Shown here piece after piece: positions 10,393 through 22,912 of a stretch of DNA of 64,000 nt (position 1 is its first letter; the number at the start of each line of letters is the position of its first letter). The notes below the pieces were generated by a model that saw only the letters and a program-made list of their open reading frames with translations, searched no databases and was not told the DNA's origin. Location of the stretch: NCBI RefSeq assembly GCF_020745735.1, contig NC_083426.1, forward strand, positions 12,586,001-12,650,000. Direction: 5' to 3'. This DNA is from Hemiscyllium ocellatum (lineage: Eukaryota). Position numbers and translations under genes: made by a program.

Positions 10393-13150
10393 GTAAGTTA
10401 CACTGTAAACAAACAATATAATTGTCAAAATATAAATTTCTCACGAATTAGTTGCTGATTATATTCATGCAGTCAGTCTAAAAAATTGGAACTGGCCAAA
10501 TTTACTCCATCTGGTTTTCAATAGATCGGAACAAGACAATTTAGTTGAATAAGGATAAGATTATACAATGTCCCAAAAACATGGATAAACTTTGCAGAAA
10601 TTCCACTAATCCCAGAAAAATAAAATATCATCAAATTGATGAGTCTTCAACAGCTGAAATAGCTATTGTGACTTCCAGCTCCTGCATTCTCATTTAGGAT
10701 GGATGTCAGGAGAGAGTGTTAAAGAGTTTATCTAAAATGGAAGTGACTGAGCACAATCTCTGGACATCTAAAGCATTTACAGCCATTGCTTGTTGAAGTC
10801 TCCTCACTCCTGCAATACAGGAAGTGCAGCAATCAATCTGTCCAGAGACAACTCCCACAAACAGTAATGTGAAAATCACGAGATGACATCTTTAATTGGG
10901 GGATAAATATTATCCAGATACTGGAGTAACTGCACTATTCTTCTTCAAGATAGTGCCCTGGATCATTGACATTGATCAGAGTTGGCAGATGGAGTTTCAG
11001 TTTAACATCTTACCAAAAAGGTAGCACTGCCAGCCCTGCAGCACTCTTTCACCAACACACTGGAGTGAGAGCATTCAATTTTATGCTCAAACCCTGGCCC
11101 AGATATAAATATTCTTTGCAACATGGATTGCCGGCTGGAATATGTGTTAGAAACCGAGTTAATAATAATGTTTAAAAGGGAAGTGAAAGGATATTAATAA
11201 AATCAAAGAACTGTAGTTACTGAAAATCTGAAACTGACGAGAAACTGACTGTAGCAGAATCAAAATGGGTAAAGACTTGGTTCTGAGTTAAGGATGCCTT
11301 TACCATCATTGAATGTAACAGTTTAAACAGCAGGAACTGTTTCATCACTGTTGCTTTCAGTGAGGAACATTAGAATAATCAGACTAAAAGAGAAGTGCAT
11401 TTTTCCTGAGCAGCCGTATATATCTCCTTACTTACTCCAGTTATTGACAATGGACACATGCTTTAGCTTCAGAGAAGATCAGTGTCAGCAGCAAGTAAAC
11501 AAAAATTTACCCATAACCTACATTTGTACAAACTGATTTCTGATGTTAGTGGGTTGTGAATTCAAATTACCCTTCACAGATTAAATTCCATGTTGTCTGA
11601 CCCTGGAACAGTGCTCTATTGCTGGAGGGACTGTTGGGATGTTATGCTACAGACCATGACATCCTTCAGCTGGTATAATTCAAGGAAGAACAGGAAAATT
11701 CACTCAGTATTTCATCAACTTCACCCCTCAGTTAAGATGATGGAGAGCAGATTATCTGGTGATAACATTTCTGGGAATTTCTCATGTATGCAAATTAGCT
11801 TCTGTTTCCCCACGTCACAACCAGGATTACAATAAAGGGAAGAGCTTTGTGGGTTGTGTAGTATTTAAAGATGTGCTGAGGTTGTGAAAGTTGCAGGATG
11901 AGCACAATTTATTGGGAGATTTTGAATTAAATGAATGATCTGAATCACATCTGAGGCACTTCCCTGCAGGTTCAATGGATGTGGGGGCTTTTGCCTGATA
12001 CATCGAATTTCTTGCTCCTCGGAGGCTGCCTGACCCGTTGTGCTTTTCCAGCACCTCTCCAATCCAGGCTCAATGGATGTGAGGAACCTTGGAGACTTGC
12101 AATACAATCTGAACAGGGGAATATTGAATAAATATTGGTTATTTGTTCACTGACACTGATGGCAGAAATTCCTGGTCTAATATTTCCCTCCAGATACAGT
12201 GTGGAGCTGAACATCCTTTTCTATCATGGCTAGAATCAAAGTTATTAGGTCTCCAGAAATGCATTTTCTGCTGAATGTTTTATTCATTCACTGGATGTAG
12301 GGATCACTGGCTATGCCAACATTTATTTCCCATTCTGAATTGTTCAGAGTCAGCCACATTGCTGTGGGTCTGGAGTCACATGTAGGTCAGAGCAGGTAAA
12401 GATGGCAGTTCCTTTACCTCAAGGCCATCAGAACCAGATGGGTTTTTCCTGACAATCGACAACAGATTTGTGGTCACTATCAGGCTCTTAATTCCAGTTT
12501 CTTTTGTTTGATGAATTCAAATTCCACTATCTGAATGGCAGGGTTTAAAACCAGTTCCCCAGAACATTGCCAGGTCTCTGGATTAATAGTCAAGAGTAGA
12601 GTAGTGTACTGGAAAAGCACAGCAGGTCAGGCAACATCTGAGGAGCAGGAAAATCAACGTTTCAAGCAAAAGCCCACCATCAATGATGCTGCCTAACGTT
12701 CTGTGCTTTTCCAGCACCACTCTAATCCTGACTCTGATCTCCAGCATCTGCACTACTCACTTTCGTCTCTCTGGATTAATAGTCTAGCAATAACACCACT
12801 TGGTCATCATCTCCTCAAGTGATAAGGAGTGCCAGTTCTCTGACTGGAATTATGTGTTTGCAGAGGACACAAAGGGGATGTCGAGATTGGATTCCTTTAA
12901 CAGGCTCAGTAGGTAATGCTGTGCTCCCATCTGTGAGACATGGGAAACAATTAGAAACGATCGTGAAAGATGGGTCACTGACTGGTCACAGTGGGAACAT
13001 CCGGCTGGTGAGGGGGTGGACATTACACTGAGATTATGATTTCCAAATCCATTATATCAGACACGCGTTTCTTCCAATCTGACAATGTTGCTCTTTTGGT
13101 TAACTTTAGTAAAAAAAGGTTAATCTGAATGTTATTCTTTGTTTCAATAG

Positions 13151-13229
13151 GAGCTGATGACTGTTATAAAATTTCAACAGTATCATCGACAACTACAAAT
13201 TCAAACATCACGTCTCAACTTAATATAAG
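13151..13229 (+). CDS. Gene A exon: Ser/Thr-rich stalk (phase 1-2)
   Basis: Acceptor ttctttgtttcaatAG and donor GTacga. The 79 nt read (G)ADDCYKISTVSSTTTNSNITSQLNI(S); phases fit the flanking C2 and TM exons, and the exon is conserved in the duplicate. Confidence 0.75.
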
Positions 13230-13724
13230 GTACGACTATCTCAACGTTAGTGTTTGATGACTTCCATGTGATAGATTAAATCCTCTTGAAAACTGTTTTG
13301 TTATTCGGGATGGAAATCATTTACTATTTCACGACATAACTCTCAGAATGGAAATGGGGCTGGATTGACATCAGGCTGTGGCATTAGCTTCTCAACAAAT
13401 TGTGATTTTTGTGTTGGAAACAAGAACAAGAGGCAAACAGCTGCAGGTTGCTGGCCCTCAGATCCATTATTCATCACAATTACTTCACTACTACCTTGAT
13501 TGGATTTCATGAAGACTGTGAATGTCACATTGACCTTGCCCTTTTCCACCCCGGTGTGGTACTGAGGGAAATGTTGTTTCTCTGTGTGTTAATAAATCTG
13601 CTCAACCTTGGTGTCACTTGGGAGGAACACCTGGTCAACTTTGGTCAAATTTGCAGTGAGGAGACCTTCTTCTTGATGGTATTCTCAATGTGGTGTAGGA
13701 GATACCGGGTACCTTACAGTGCAG

Positions 13725-15780
13725 AGTCATAGATAGAGTCATAGACTCATACAGCTCAGAGACAGATCCTTTAGTCCAACTCGTCTGTGCTGACCAGACA
13801 TCCCAATCTGACCTAGTCCTATTGACCAACATTGGGCCCATATCCCTCTAAACCCTTCCTATTCATATACTCATCAGATGCCTTTTAAATGTTGCAATTG
13901 TACACACTTCCATCAAAGAAGCAAAAATATATAATCAAGGCAGAATGGAATATTGTTTTGAGGAGGTTTGTTCACATGATGGTATTTGATGTATCCTTTT
14001 GGCTGGTACAAGACATTAGGTGATTGTGAGTAATGGTGACAAGATATTTGAAATAGATCCTCCAGATGTTGACATTGCCATCGTATGTCTACAGGAAGGA
14101 TTTGTTAAACATGAGAGGATGCAGAAAAGATTCACAAGGATGTTGCTGATGTTGGAGGGTTTGAGTTAGAAGGGGAGTTGAATAGGCTGGGGCTTTCTTC
14201 CTTGAAGCTTTGAAGGCTGAGGGATGATATTACAGAGGATTATAAAGTCATGAGGGGCATGAATACATGAATAGCCACAGACTATTTCCGAGGGTGGGCG
14301 AGTCCAAAACTGGAGGACGTAGGTTTATGGTGACAGAGGAAAGATTTAACAAGGATCTAAGGGGCAACATTTTCATGCAGAGGGCACTGGCAGAGAAAGT
14401 AGTGGAGGTGAGTACAATGATCACTTTAAAAGACATCTGGGTGGATATATGAATAGGAAGGGTTTAGAGCGATATGGGCCAAATGCTGGCAAATGTAACT
14501 CGGGATGTCTGGTCAGTGTGCATGAGTTGGACTGAAGGTCTGTTTCCATGCTGTATGATTCTATGGCTCTATCTATGACTCTGTCAAAGATGAACAAAGA
14601 ACAAAGAAAATTACAGTATAAGAACAGGCCCTTCGGCCCTACAAGCCTGTGTTGATCCAGCTCCTTTATCTAAACCTGCCACCTATTTTCTAAGGTTCTG
14701 TCTCCCTCTGCTCCCTGCCCATTCATGTATCTGTCTAGGTACATCTTAAATGACACTGACATGCCCACCTCAACCACCTCTGCTGGCAATGCTTTCCAGC
14801 ACGCACCACCCTCTGCGTGAAGGACTTTCCATGCATATCTCCCTTAAACTTTTCCCCTCTCACCTTGAACTCATGTCCCCCTCGTAACTGAGTCCCCCAC
14901 GCTGGGAAAAACCTTCTTGCTATCCACCCAGTCGAGACCTCTCATGATTTTATAGACCTCAATCAGGTCCCCCAGCAACCTCCATCTTTCTAATGAAAAT
15001 AATCTTCATATACTCAACTTCCCTTCATAGCTAGCACCCTTCATTCCAGGTAAAATCCTGGTAAATCTCCTCTGCACCCTCTCCAAAGCATTCAAATCCT
15101 TTTGGGAATGTGTCAACCACAACCAAATGCAGTATTCCAAATGTGGTTGAACCAAAGTCTTATACAACTATAACATGACCTGCCAACTCTTGTACTCAAC
15201 ACCCCGTCCAATGAAGGAAAGCATGCTGTATGCCTTCTTGGCCACTCTATTGACCTGCGTTGTCATCTTCAGAGTACAATGGACTTGAGCATCCAGATCT
15301 CTCTGTACATCAATTTTGCCCAGGACTTTTCCATTTATCGTATTGTTCGCTCTTGAATTTGATCTTCAAAAACGCATCACCTCATATTTGCCCAGATTGA
15401 ACTTCATCTGGCATTTCCCTGCCCAACTTTCCAATCTATCTATATTCTGCTGTATTCACTGGCAGTCCCCTTCACTATCTGCTACTCCATCAATCTTAGT
15501 GTCATCTGCAAGCTTGCTAATCAGACCACTAATACCTTCCTCCAGATCATTTGTGTATATCACAAACAACAGTGGTCCCAGCACGGATCCCTGTGGAACA
15601 CCACTGGTCACAGGTCTCCACTTTGAGAAATTCCCTCCCACTACTACTCTCAGTCACCTGTTGACCAACCAGTTTTTTTATCCATGTAGCTAGTATTCCC
15701 TGGACCCCACGCGACTTCACTTTCTCCAACAGCCTACCATGTGGAACTTTATCAAATGTCTTACTGAAGTCCGTGAAGAT
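13725..15780. mobile_element. Cluster of CR1 LINE 3' fragments in both orientations (copy at ~56365-58790)
   Basis: ORF remnants [47 protein letters not shown]; (ctatga)n tails. Confidence 0.8.
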
Positions 15781-16119
15781 GGTGAGTCCTATTTTCACAG
15801 TCAGCCAATGATGGAAAAACTGGATGTTTATCTGGTGGCAGCTGGACCTTGTGTCATTTTAAGTCAATGCTTGATGGAGATCTTTCCATTTTCATTTGTG
15901 ATTCACCTACTCATTTTGCAGAATTCACTTCTCATTTCCACATTATTTGCCCAAGCTGCTGACAGTAAGTATAGGAAATGTTGTCTGTTATAAACACTGA
16001 GGAATTGAGCATTTGAATTTACGATGGTGGTAACAGAGTAAAAAGAAACAAAATATCAAACGCACTGGAAATGAGAAGTGAAATATCAGACAGAAGAGAC
16101 ATGATTGAATATGCATAAA

Positions 16120-17530
16120 GCCATGTTGACGATCCCTGATCAATCCTTGCCTTTCCAAATACATGTACATTCTGTCCCTCAGGATTCCCTCCAACAACTT
16201 GCCCACTACCAATGTCAGGCTCTCTGGTCTGTAGTTCCCTGGCTTGTCCTTTACCACCTTTCTTAAACAGTGGCACCACATTCGCCAACCTCCAGTCTGC
16301 CAGCACTTCACCTGTGACCGTTGATGATACAAATATCTCAGCAAGTCCACCAGTTTCCTCATTTCCCCTCCCCCCACCTTACCCCAGTTCCAACCCTCCA
16401 GCTCAGCACCATCTGCAATACGTGCCCCACCTGCCAATCTCCCTTACCACCTGTCCGCTCCACCCTCTTCTCTGACCTATCACCTTCATCCCCACCCCCA
16501 TTCACCTATTGTAATATTTGCTACCTTCTCCCCAGCCCAATCCCCCCATTTATTTTTCCACCCCGGAGGATTCCTGCCTCTATTCCTGACGAAGGGCTTT
16601 TGCCCGATGCGTCGACTTTCCTGCTCCTCGGATGCTGCCTGACCAGCTGTGCTTTTCCTGCACTACTCTAACCAAAATTACAGATCTGAGTCTGACATCA
16701 GTGGTGGGTAAGTTGTTGAAGGGGATTTTGAGAGATCCGATTTACAGGCATTTAGAGAGGCAAGAACTGATTCGGGATAGTATGTGGGAAATCGTGCGTT
16801 CTAAACTTGATTGAGGGTTTTGAGAATGCAGCCAAAAATGTTGCGAGAGTAGAGCAGTAGATGTTGTCTATATGGACTTTAGGAACAAGGTTCCACATGG
16901 TAGACTGAGTCATAAAGTTAGATCACATGGGATTCAGGGTGAGCTTGCCAATTGAATCAAAATTAGCTTGATAGCAGGAGAGACAGGGTGGTGGAGGGTC
17001 ATTTGTTTGGACTGGAGGCCTGTGATCAGTGGTGTTCTGCAGGGATCAGTGTAATTTATACAAGTAATTTGAATGAGAAATTAGAAGACATGGTTATTAA
17101 GTTCATGGATGGCACCAAAATTGGGACGTTTTCCCCTGGAGCGGAGGAGGTTGGGAGGTGACTTTATCGGGGTTTATAAAATCATGAGGGATCTAGATAA
17201 GGTGTTTAGCAAAGGTTTTTTGTTATGAGGCTGGGAGAGTTCAAAGTGAGGGGTCATGTTTTCGTGGTGAGAGGAGAAAAATGTGAAATGAACCTGAGGG
17301 GTAACATTCTCACTGAGAGAGTGGCTCATATGTGGAATGATCTGCCAGAGGACATGGGGGATGAAGGGGCAGTTGCAACATTAAAAAGACATTTGGATCA
17401 GTACATAAATAGGAAAGATTTGGAGGGTACGCGCCAAATGCAAACAAGTGGGACTGTTTTTTTGAGAAACTTGTTCATCGCGGATGTATTAAACTGCAGG
17501 GACTATTTCTGTGTCATATGAGTCTATGAC
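16120..17530. mobile_element. Mosaic of CR1 fragments at the duplication breakpoint
   Basis: GNYRPESLTLVVGKLLEGILRDR, GKLLKGILRD and RVAHMWNDLPE motifs. Confidence 0.7.
16335..16670 (+). mobile_element. Penelope-like 3' end fragment
   Basis: C-rich sequence similar to 62300-62617, ending in a decayed CTGACGA...GCCC hammerhead tail. Confidence 0.7.
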
Positions 17531-17620
17531 AGTGAATGGGATAATGAAGGGAAAAGTGTTAGTGGTTTCTGGCTTTTCCAATATAGTCAGTTTTCTAATA
17601 AATGTTTATTTCCCAAAAAG

Positions 17621-17890
17621 GAAAGTTTCCTGAACTTCAATTTTAATCACAACCAAATGTCTCATGCTCTGGGGGTTTAGTCACAATCTCCTGTGAGTCT
17701 GCCCGAGGATTCCTCCTCATTCACGTCACATGGTCTGAGAAGACCCCAACACAAGATTCAATGATCTCTGACACCAACAAACTGGAGCTACATTGTCAAT
17801 CCTTCACACAACAACATCATCAATATTACTGCATTGTCTCAATTTCTCAGGGAACAAAACCCAGTGAAATGGTTCATGTCTCAGTTCCCA
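17621..17890 (+). pseudogene. Decayed C2 Ig pseudo-exon
   Basis: Reads PELQF*SQPNVSCSGGLVTISCESARG...TWSEKTP..DSMISDTNKLELHCQSFTQQHHQYYC...QGTKPSEMVHVSV. In-frame TAA at 17644-17646; the NCSY end and donor are missing. Closest to the gene B C2 exon. Confidence 0.85.
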
Positions 17891-17974
17891 GTTATCTGTT
17901 GTTCAAGTCAGTAATAAATTAAACTGAAATTTAATTTTCCCACATAACTCACTATCTGTGCTGCTTTACTTTGC

Positions 17975-18885
17975 TACAATATACCAATGTCCTGTACAGC
18001 CGCAACATGACATCTCAACTCCTCTACTCAATACTCTGACCAATAAAGGAAAGCATACCAAATGCCTTCTTCACTATCCTATCTAGATGTGACTCCACTT
18101 TCAAGGGGCTTTGAACCTGCACTCCAAGGTGTCTTTGTTCAGCAACATTCCCAAGGACCTTACCATTAAGTGGATAAGTCCTGCTAAGATTTGCTTTCCC
18201 AAAATGCAGCACCTCACATTTATCTGAATTAAACTCCATCTGCCACTTCTCAGCCCATTGGCCCATCTGGTCTAGATTCTGTTGTAATTTCTGGAAGCCT
18301 CTTCACTGTCCTCCACACCTCCAATTCCACTGTCGGAGTATTGCGTGCAATTCTGGTCTCCTTTCTATCGGAAAGATATTGTGAAACTTGAAAGGATTCA
18401 GAAAGGATTTACGAGGATGTTGCCAGGGTTGGAGGATTTGAGTTATAGGGAGAGGTTGAACAAGCTGTGGCTGTACTCCCTGGAGCGTCGGAGGCTGAGT
18501 GGTGACCTTATAGAGGTTTACAAAATTATGAAGGGCATGGATAGGATAAATAGACAAAGTCTTTTCCCGAGGATTGGGGAGTCCAGAACTAGAGGGCATA
18601 GGTTTAGGGTGAGAGGGGAAAGATATAAAAGAGACCTCAGGGGCAATCTTTCCACACAGAGGGTGGTAAGTGTATGGAATGAGCTGCCAGAGGAAGTGGT
18701 GGAGACTGGTACAATTGCAGCATTTAAGAGGGATTTGGATGGGGATAAGAATAGGAAGGGTTTGGAGGGATATGGGCCGGGTGCTGGCAGGTGGGACTAG
18801 ATTGGGTTGGGATATCTGGTTGGCAGGGACAGGTTGGACCAAAGGGTCTGTTTCCATGCTGTACATCTCTATGACTCTATACTGC
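17975..18885 (+). mobile_element. CR1 LINE 3' end with inverted 5' segment
   Basis: Minus strand ~18326 to 17975 reads GQWAEKWQMEFN...AFGMLSFIGQSIE..; plus strand from ~18327 continues EYCVQFWSP...VWNELPEEVV; tail ctctatgactctat. Confidence 0.8.
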
Positions 18886-18968
18886 AGTGTAAACAGAAGA
18901 TAAATGTTTGAAACATCAAGCAATCTTGTTTCCTTCAAATGATTTTGTATTTCTTCTGTTTTACACAG

Positions 18969-19059
18969 TTACATTGTCTGGGATGTGATACGCTGGGTAC
19001 TCTTCACTCTCCTGGTGATTTCTTCTGTTTCAGTCACAATACTTACACAAAAACATTAG
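18969..19059 (+). CDS. Activating-type transmembrane exon with Asp/Arg and immediate stop (assigned to gene A; phase 2)
   Basis: Acceptor ttcttctgttttacacAG. Translation (S)YIVWDVIRWVLFTLLVISSVSVTILTQKH*, with TAG at 19057-19059 directly followed by donor GTgagc. It is the first phase-2 hydrophobic exon I found after the gene A stalk. Gene A exons plus a 37-nt leader total 1485 nt, in frame. Confidence 0.75.
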
Positions 19060-22000
19060 GTGAGCATCATGGCCTTTACAAGAATGATTTTGAGCACTCT
19101 AAGTTCCCCATCAATGAGGTGGCCCTGGGTGGAGGGGATTTGCAGCAGGAGACGCAGTTTGAGAAGAATGGGTTGACCATTTGGGACTGAGATGAGCGGC
19201 AATTTCTTCACTCAGAGGGTGATGGTTTGTTGGAATTCTCTGCCCCAGAGAGCTCTGGGGGGTCCAGCCTTGAGTGTATTCAAAACAGAGATCGATAATT
19301 TTCTGGTTAATAAAGTTAGGGAGGGACGTGGGGTTAGTGCAAGAAAACATGGTATTCAGGTGGAAGATCTGCTCTGATCCAGGTGAATGCTGACAGAGCC
19401 TAGTGGGGCAGAATGGCCTACTCTGGTCCTGCCTCATCTCTCTCCATGATGACCTCATGCTGTTAAACGCTGTCATTGTACCAGCCTCCACCACTTCCTC
19501 TGGCAGATCATTTCATAAATGCACATCCTCTGCATGAAAACGTTAATCCTCAGGTAATTTTGAAATAATTTCCTTCTCACCTTCAACCTCAGCCCTCTAG
19601 GTCTGGACACTCCCAGAAATGAAAAAGACCTTGGCTCTTCGCCCTGTCCATGCCCTCATTTAAATCTCACTGGATAACATAGTCATGTGTTCTAATCTGG
19701 AACAAAAACAATGTAAATGTTGTTGGGTAGAGAGACAAGAGAGTTAGTGTGTAAATGTTTGATTGGACAAAACCTTGTTACCTGTTAAAATATTAAGATA
19801 CATTTGTTGCTGTTCGAATGAATTGATCTGCTCAGCATTTATTGGTATGTACAGCTCCCAGGCAGACATTAATAAACATTTAAACGCAGAAACCTGAGTC
19901 TTGTCTGGTCTAAAAGGAAACACAGCATTGAAACCCCCTTTCTGGGGCTCTCATAGAACATAGAAGGCGTCAGAGAACAACAGGAGGTGGGGTTATCCCA
20001 AGTCACTGTCACTTTGTCATTCACATGCAGAGGGTTAGGGCTAATAAGGTCTTTGTAATTCTCAACGACATGATCTCTGATGGGAAATTAAGGACACAAT
20101 GGCAATAGAGAGAGAATTAACAGAAATGGTGAGATGACAAAAGATCATTGGATCCACAGGGACGGCAACAATAAAGAGAGGAAGAAGGATCATTCTACAC
20201 CACAGGTAGAGTCTGCTGTTAATTCACAGAAACAGCCCACTGCCTGTGTCTGCAGGATATGGAGCACCTTATTGAAACTACTAATTGTTCTGAAGAATAA
20301 TCAATGGACCCAAAACAGTAATTCTGCTTTCTCTCCACAGAAACAGTCAGACCAGCTGTGTTTCTCCAGCAATTTCAGTTTTTGTCACAAAGACACTCAG
20401 TTGACATTTCACCAATCCTGACCCAGTCGCTGCACAATAACTGTGTAAAATGACAGACACCCAATTACAGTGTCGGGGTGGAGACAGTAATTCATATTTT
20501 GGGAGGGGGAGAAGAGCTGCATTAAAAGTCTATGAATTTGAAACCTAGTCATGGCAATTGCATCCAGCGTGCATCCACTGATTCAGTCCTACCACTGGCA
20601 TCAACTTACACTTCAACAACAGGTCACTCATTGTCCAGAAATAAACATTACAGGTGATGGCCTCAAGCAATTATTGCCAACAACGTTGTTCACCCTCGGT
20701 GTCTCATTAACGACGTGAATGTAACCAGACAAGTACATTTTAAAGGGCCACTTGGGTTTGGTATTTCTGTAATGCACTGCATGGCAAACAGTGGAAGGCA
20801 GCAATCCTCAGTTACAATGGCCATACACTGAATTGTCAGTCTGTGAGGAGATAGTCTGTAATGTGTAAGGCTCCTTGGTTGTGCCAATGACATTTGAATG
20901 AAGATGCACACTTTGGACATCCCAATGGGGTTATGGCATGGACAACATTTCCCCTAAATTTTCACACACTCTCTCTCTCTCCCTCACACACAGACACAAA
21001 CATTTTCTCTGTCCCTCTCTCCCCCAATCTCCCTTGCTGCACACAAACACACCCACACAGAAGTCTATGGGGTGAACTCCATTTGCAAATTAGTATGTGC
21101 AGATACTTTCTATTTTGTTCAAAAAACACACAATCTATATGTAGCCAGTCAATGTGACATTTCCTAAATTCCTACCCGCACAATAAAACCAGTCTGACTC
21201 CATGTTGGTACACACTCTAACCTCATCCCTATAATACATTGTCTGAGCTGAGATATCATTTCTTTATTTACTGATAAGTCCTTAAGATATATCGGGGCGG
21301 TGACGAGAGAAATTCTGGGATTTACATATTAATCAATTGAAATCTGCATCCCATTCTACATGACCACAGACTTCACAGCAATCTCGGTTTCTCTAATACG
21401 TTGCATCCATTGTGTGACACTTTCATCTTTTCCTTATAGATGCTGTGCCCTATGTATCCTGCCCCACTGGCTACCTGACAAAAGAGTAGTGCTCTGAAAG
21501 CTTGTACTTTCAAATAAATCTATTGGACTATAACCTGGTGTTGTGTGATTTTCAGCTCTGTCCATCCCAGTCCAACAGCAGCCCCTCCACATCCTGAATC
21601 TTCTTGCCAGTGGCTCATATCCAGCAGACAGTGAGTGCTGAGCCTGAGTCTGAATGACAGTTGTTCACCTCTCCAAGGAGACAGCTAGACGTACGGCTCG
21701 GGATTGATAGTGATGGTTGATGCCTCCATCCCCATTGATCCAGTTTAAGGACTGTCTCTGACATACCGACCTGCTGTGATTGTGCTTGTCTCTGCATTTT
21801 CACAACTTCAATAAAATTACACCTGACAACTCTGAAGATTGAAGCCATTATCTTTATCCCACTACAATCACCTTTCCTTAGCCACTGACTCCACCCATCT
21901 CCCTGTCCAACAGAGCTCTATCCACGATATTGTTAGCTCCATTCTGAACTATTCCAACATCATTCCAGCTGGCCTTGAATCTTCCACCATACATCAACTT

Positions 22001-22414
22001 ACACTCATCCATATCTCTGCACCAGCTTTACAGCTTTGAAGGTGCTATATAAATGCAACTTGCCATATTCACAAACACATTAACATGGCAAGGCTTTGAA
22101 AGAAATAAACGTGCTTCTCAGCTTACTACTTTTATAAAGCTGCAAATCCACCTATCATTTTAAAACAATTTGAACTTTTATCCCAAACATCGCAATCCAA
22201 ATATATTTCAATAGAATTGACTCATTTTAAAATTTTATCCAATGAAAATTTAAATCTGGTAAAATAGTTTTCCACACAAAATTACTTTATAACTAAAAAT
22301 GTTTCTGCCTGCAGCATGCTGTGTGTGAATGGTTCATTATAAATGAACACACATTCAGTTTGGGCCCATTCCATTAAACTCTCAAACAGGTTCCTGGTCA
22401 ATGAGGAATGTAAC

Positions 22415-22912
22415 TGAGAATTATAGAATCCCTACAGTGCAGAAAGAGGCCATTTGGCCCATCTGGTCTGCACCAGCCATCTGAAGAACATCCCACCAGA
22501 CCCAGAACCCCACCCTGTTCCCATAGCATCACATTTCCCATGGCTAACCCACTGAGTCTGTACATCCCTGAACACAATGGGCAATTTAGCACGACCATTC
22601 AAACCAACCTGCACATATTTAAAGTTAAAAATCACACAACATCAGGTTACAGTCCAACAGTTTAATCTGGAAGTGCACGCTTTCGGAGTGCTGCTCCTTT
22701 GTCAGGTAGATGGAGGAGTAGGATCATGGGATACAGAATTTACAGCAAAAGATATTTAGACAGTGAGAGGAAACTGTAGCACCTGGAGGAAACACACACA
22801 GACACAGGGAGAACATGCAAACTGCACACAGTCACCCAAGGTTTGAACTGAATCCAGGTCATTGAGACTGTGAGGCAGCAGTGCTAACCACTGAGCCACT
22901 GTGCTGTCCATT
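22415..22912 (-). mobile_element. HE1-type SINE interrupted by a short Penelope-derived repeat (~22620-22755)
   Basis: SINE head at ~22880-22910 and tail at ~22420-22470 on the minus strand; internal insert catcaggttacagtccaac...gctttcggagtgctgctcc. Confidence 0.65.

Larger units (their letters stand above)
1..16095 (+). repeat. Segmental duplication, copy 1 (extends 5' beyond the window)
   Basis: Position 1 aligns to 42745; the ORF track repeats with offsets 42744 then 42740; similarity is lost at about 16095. Confidence 0.95.
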
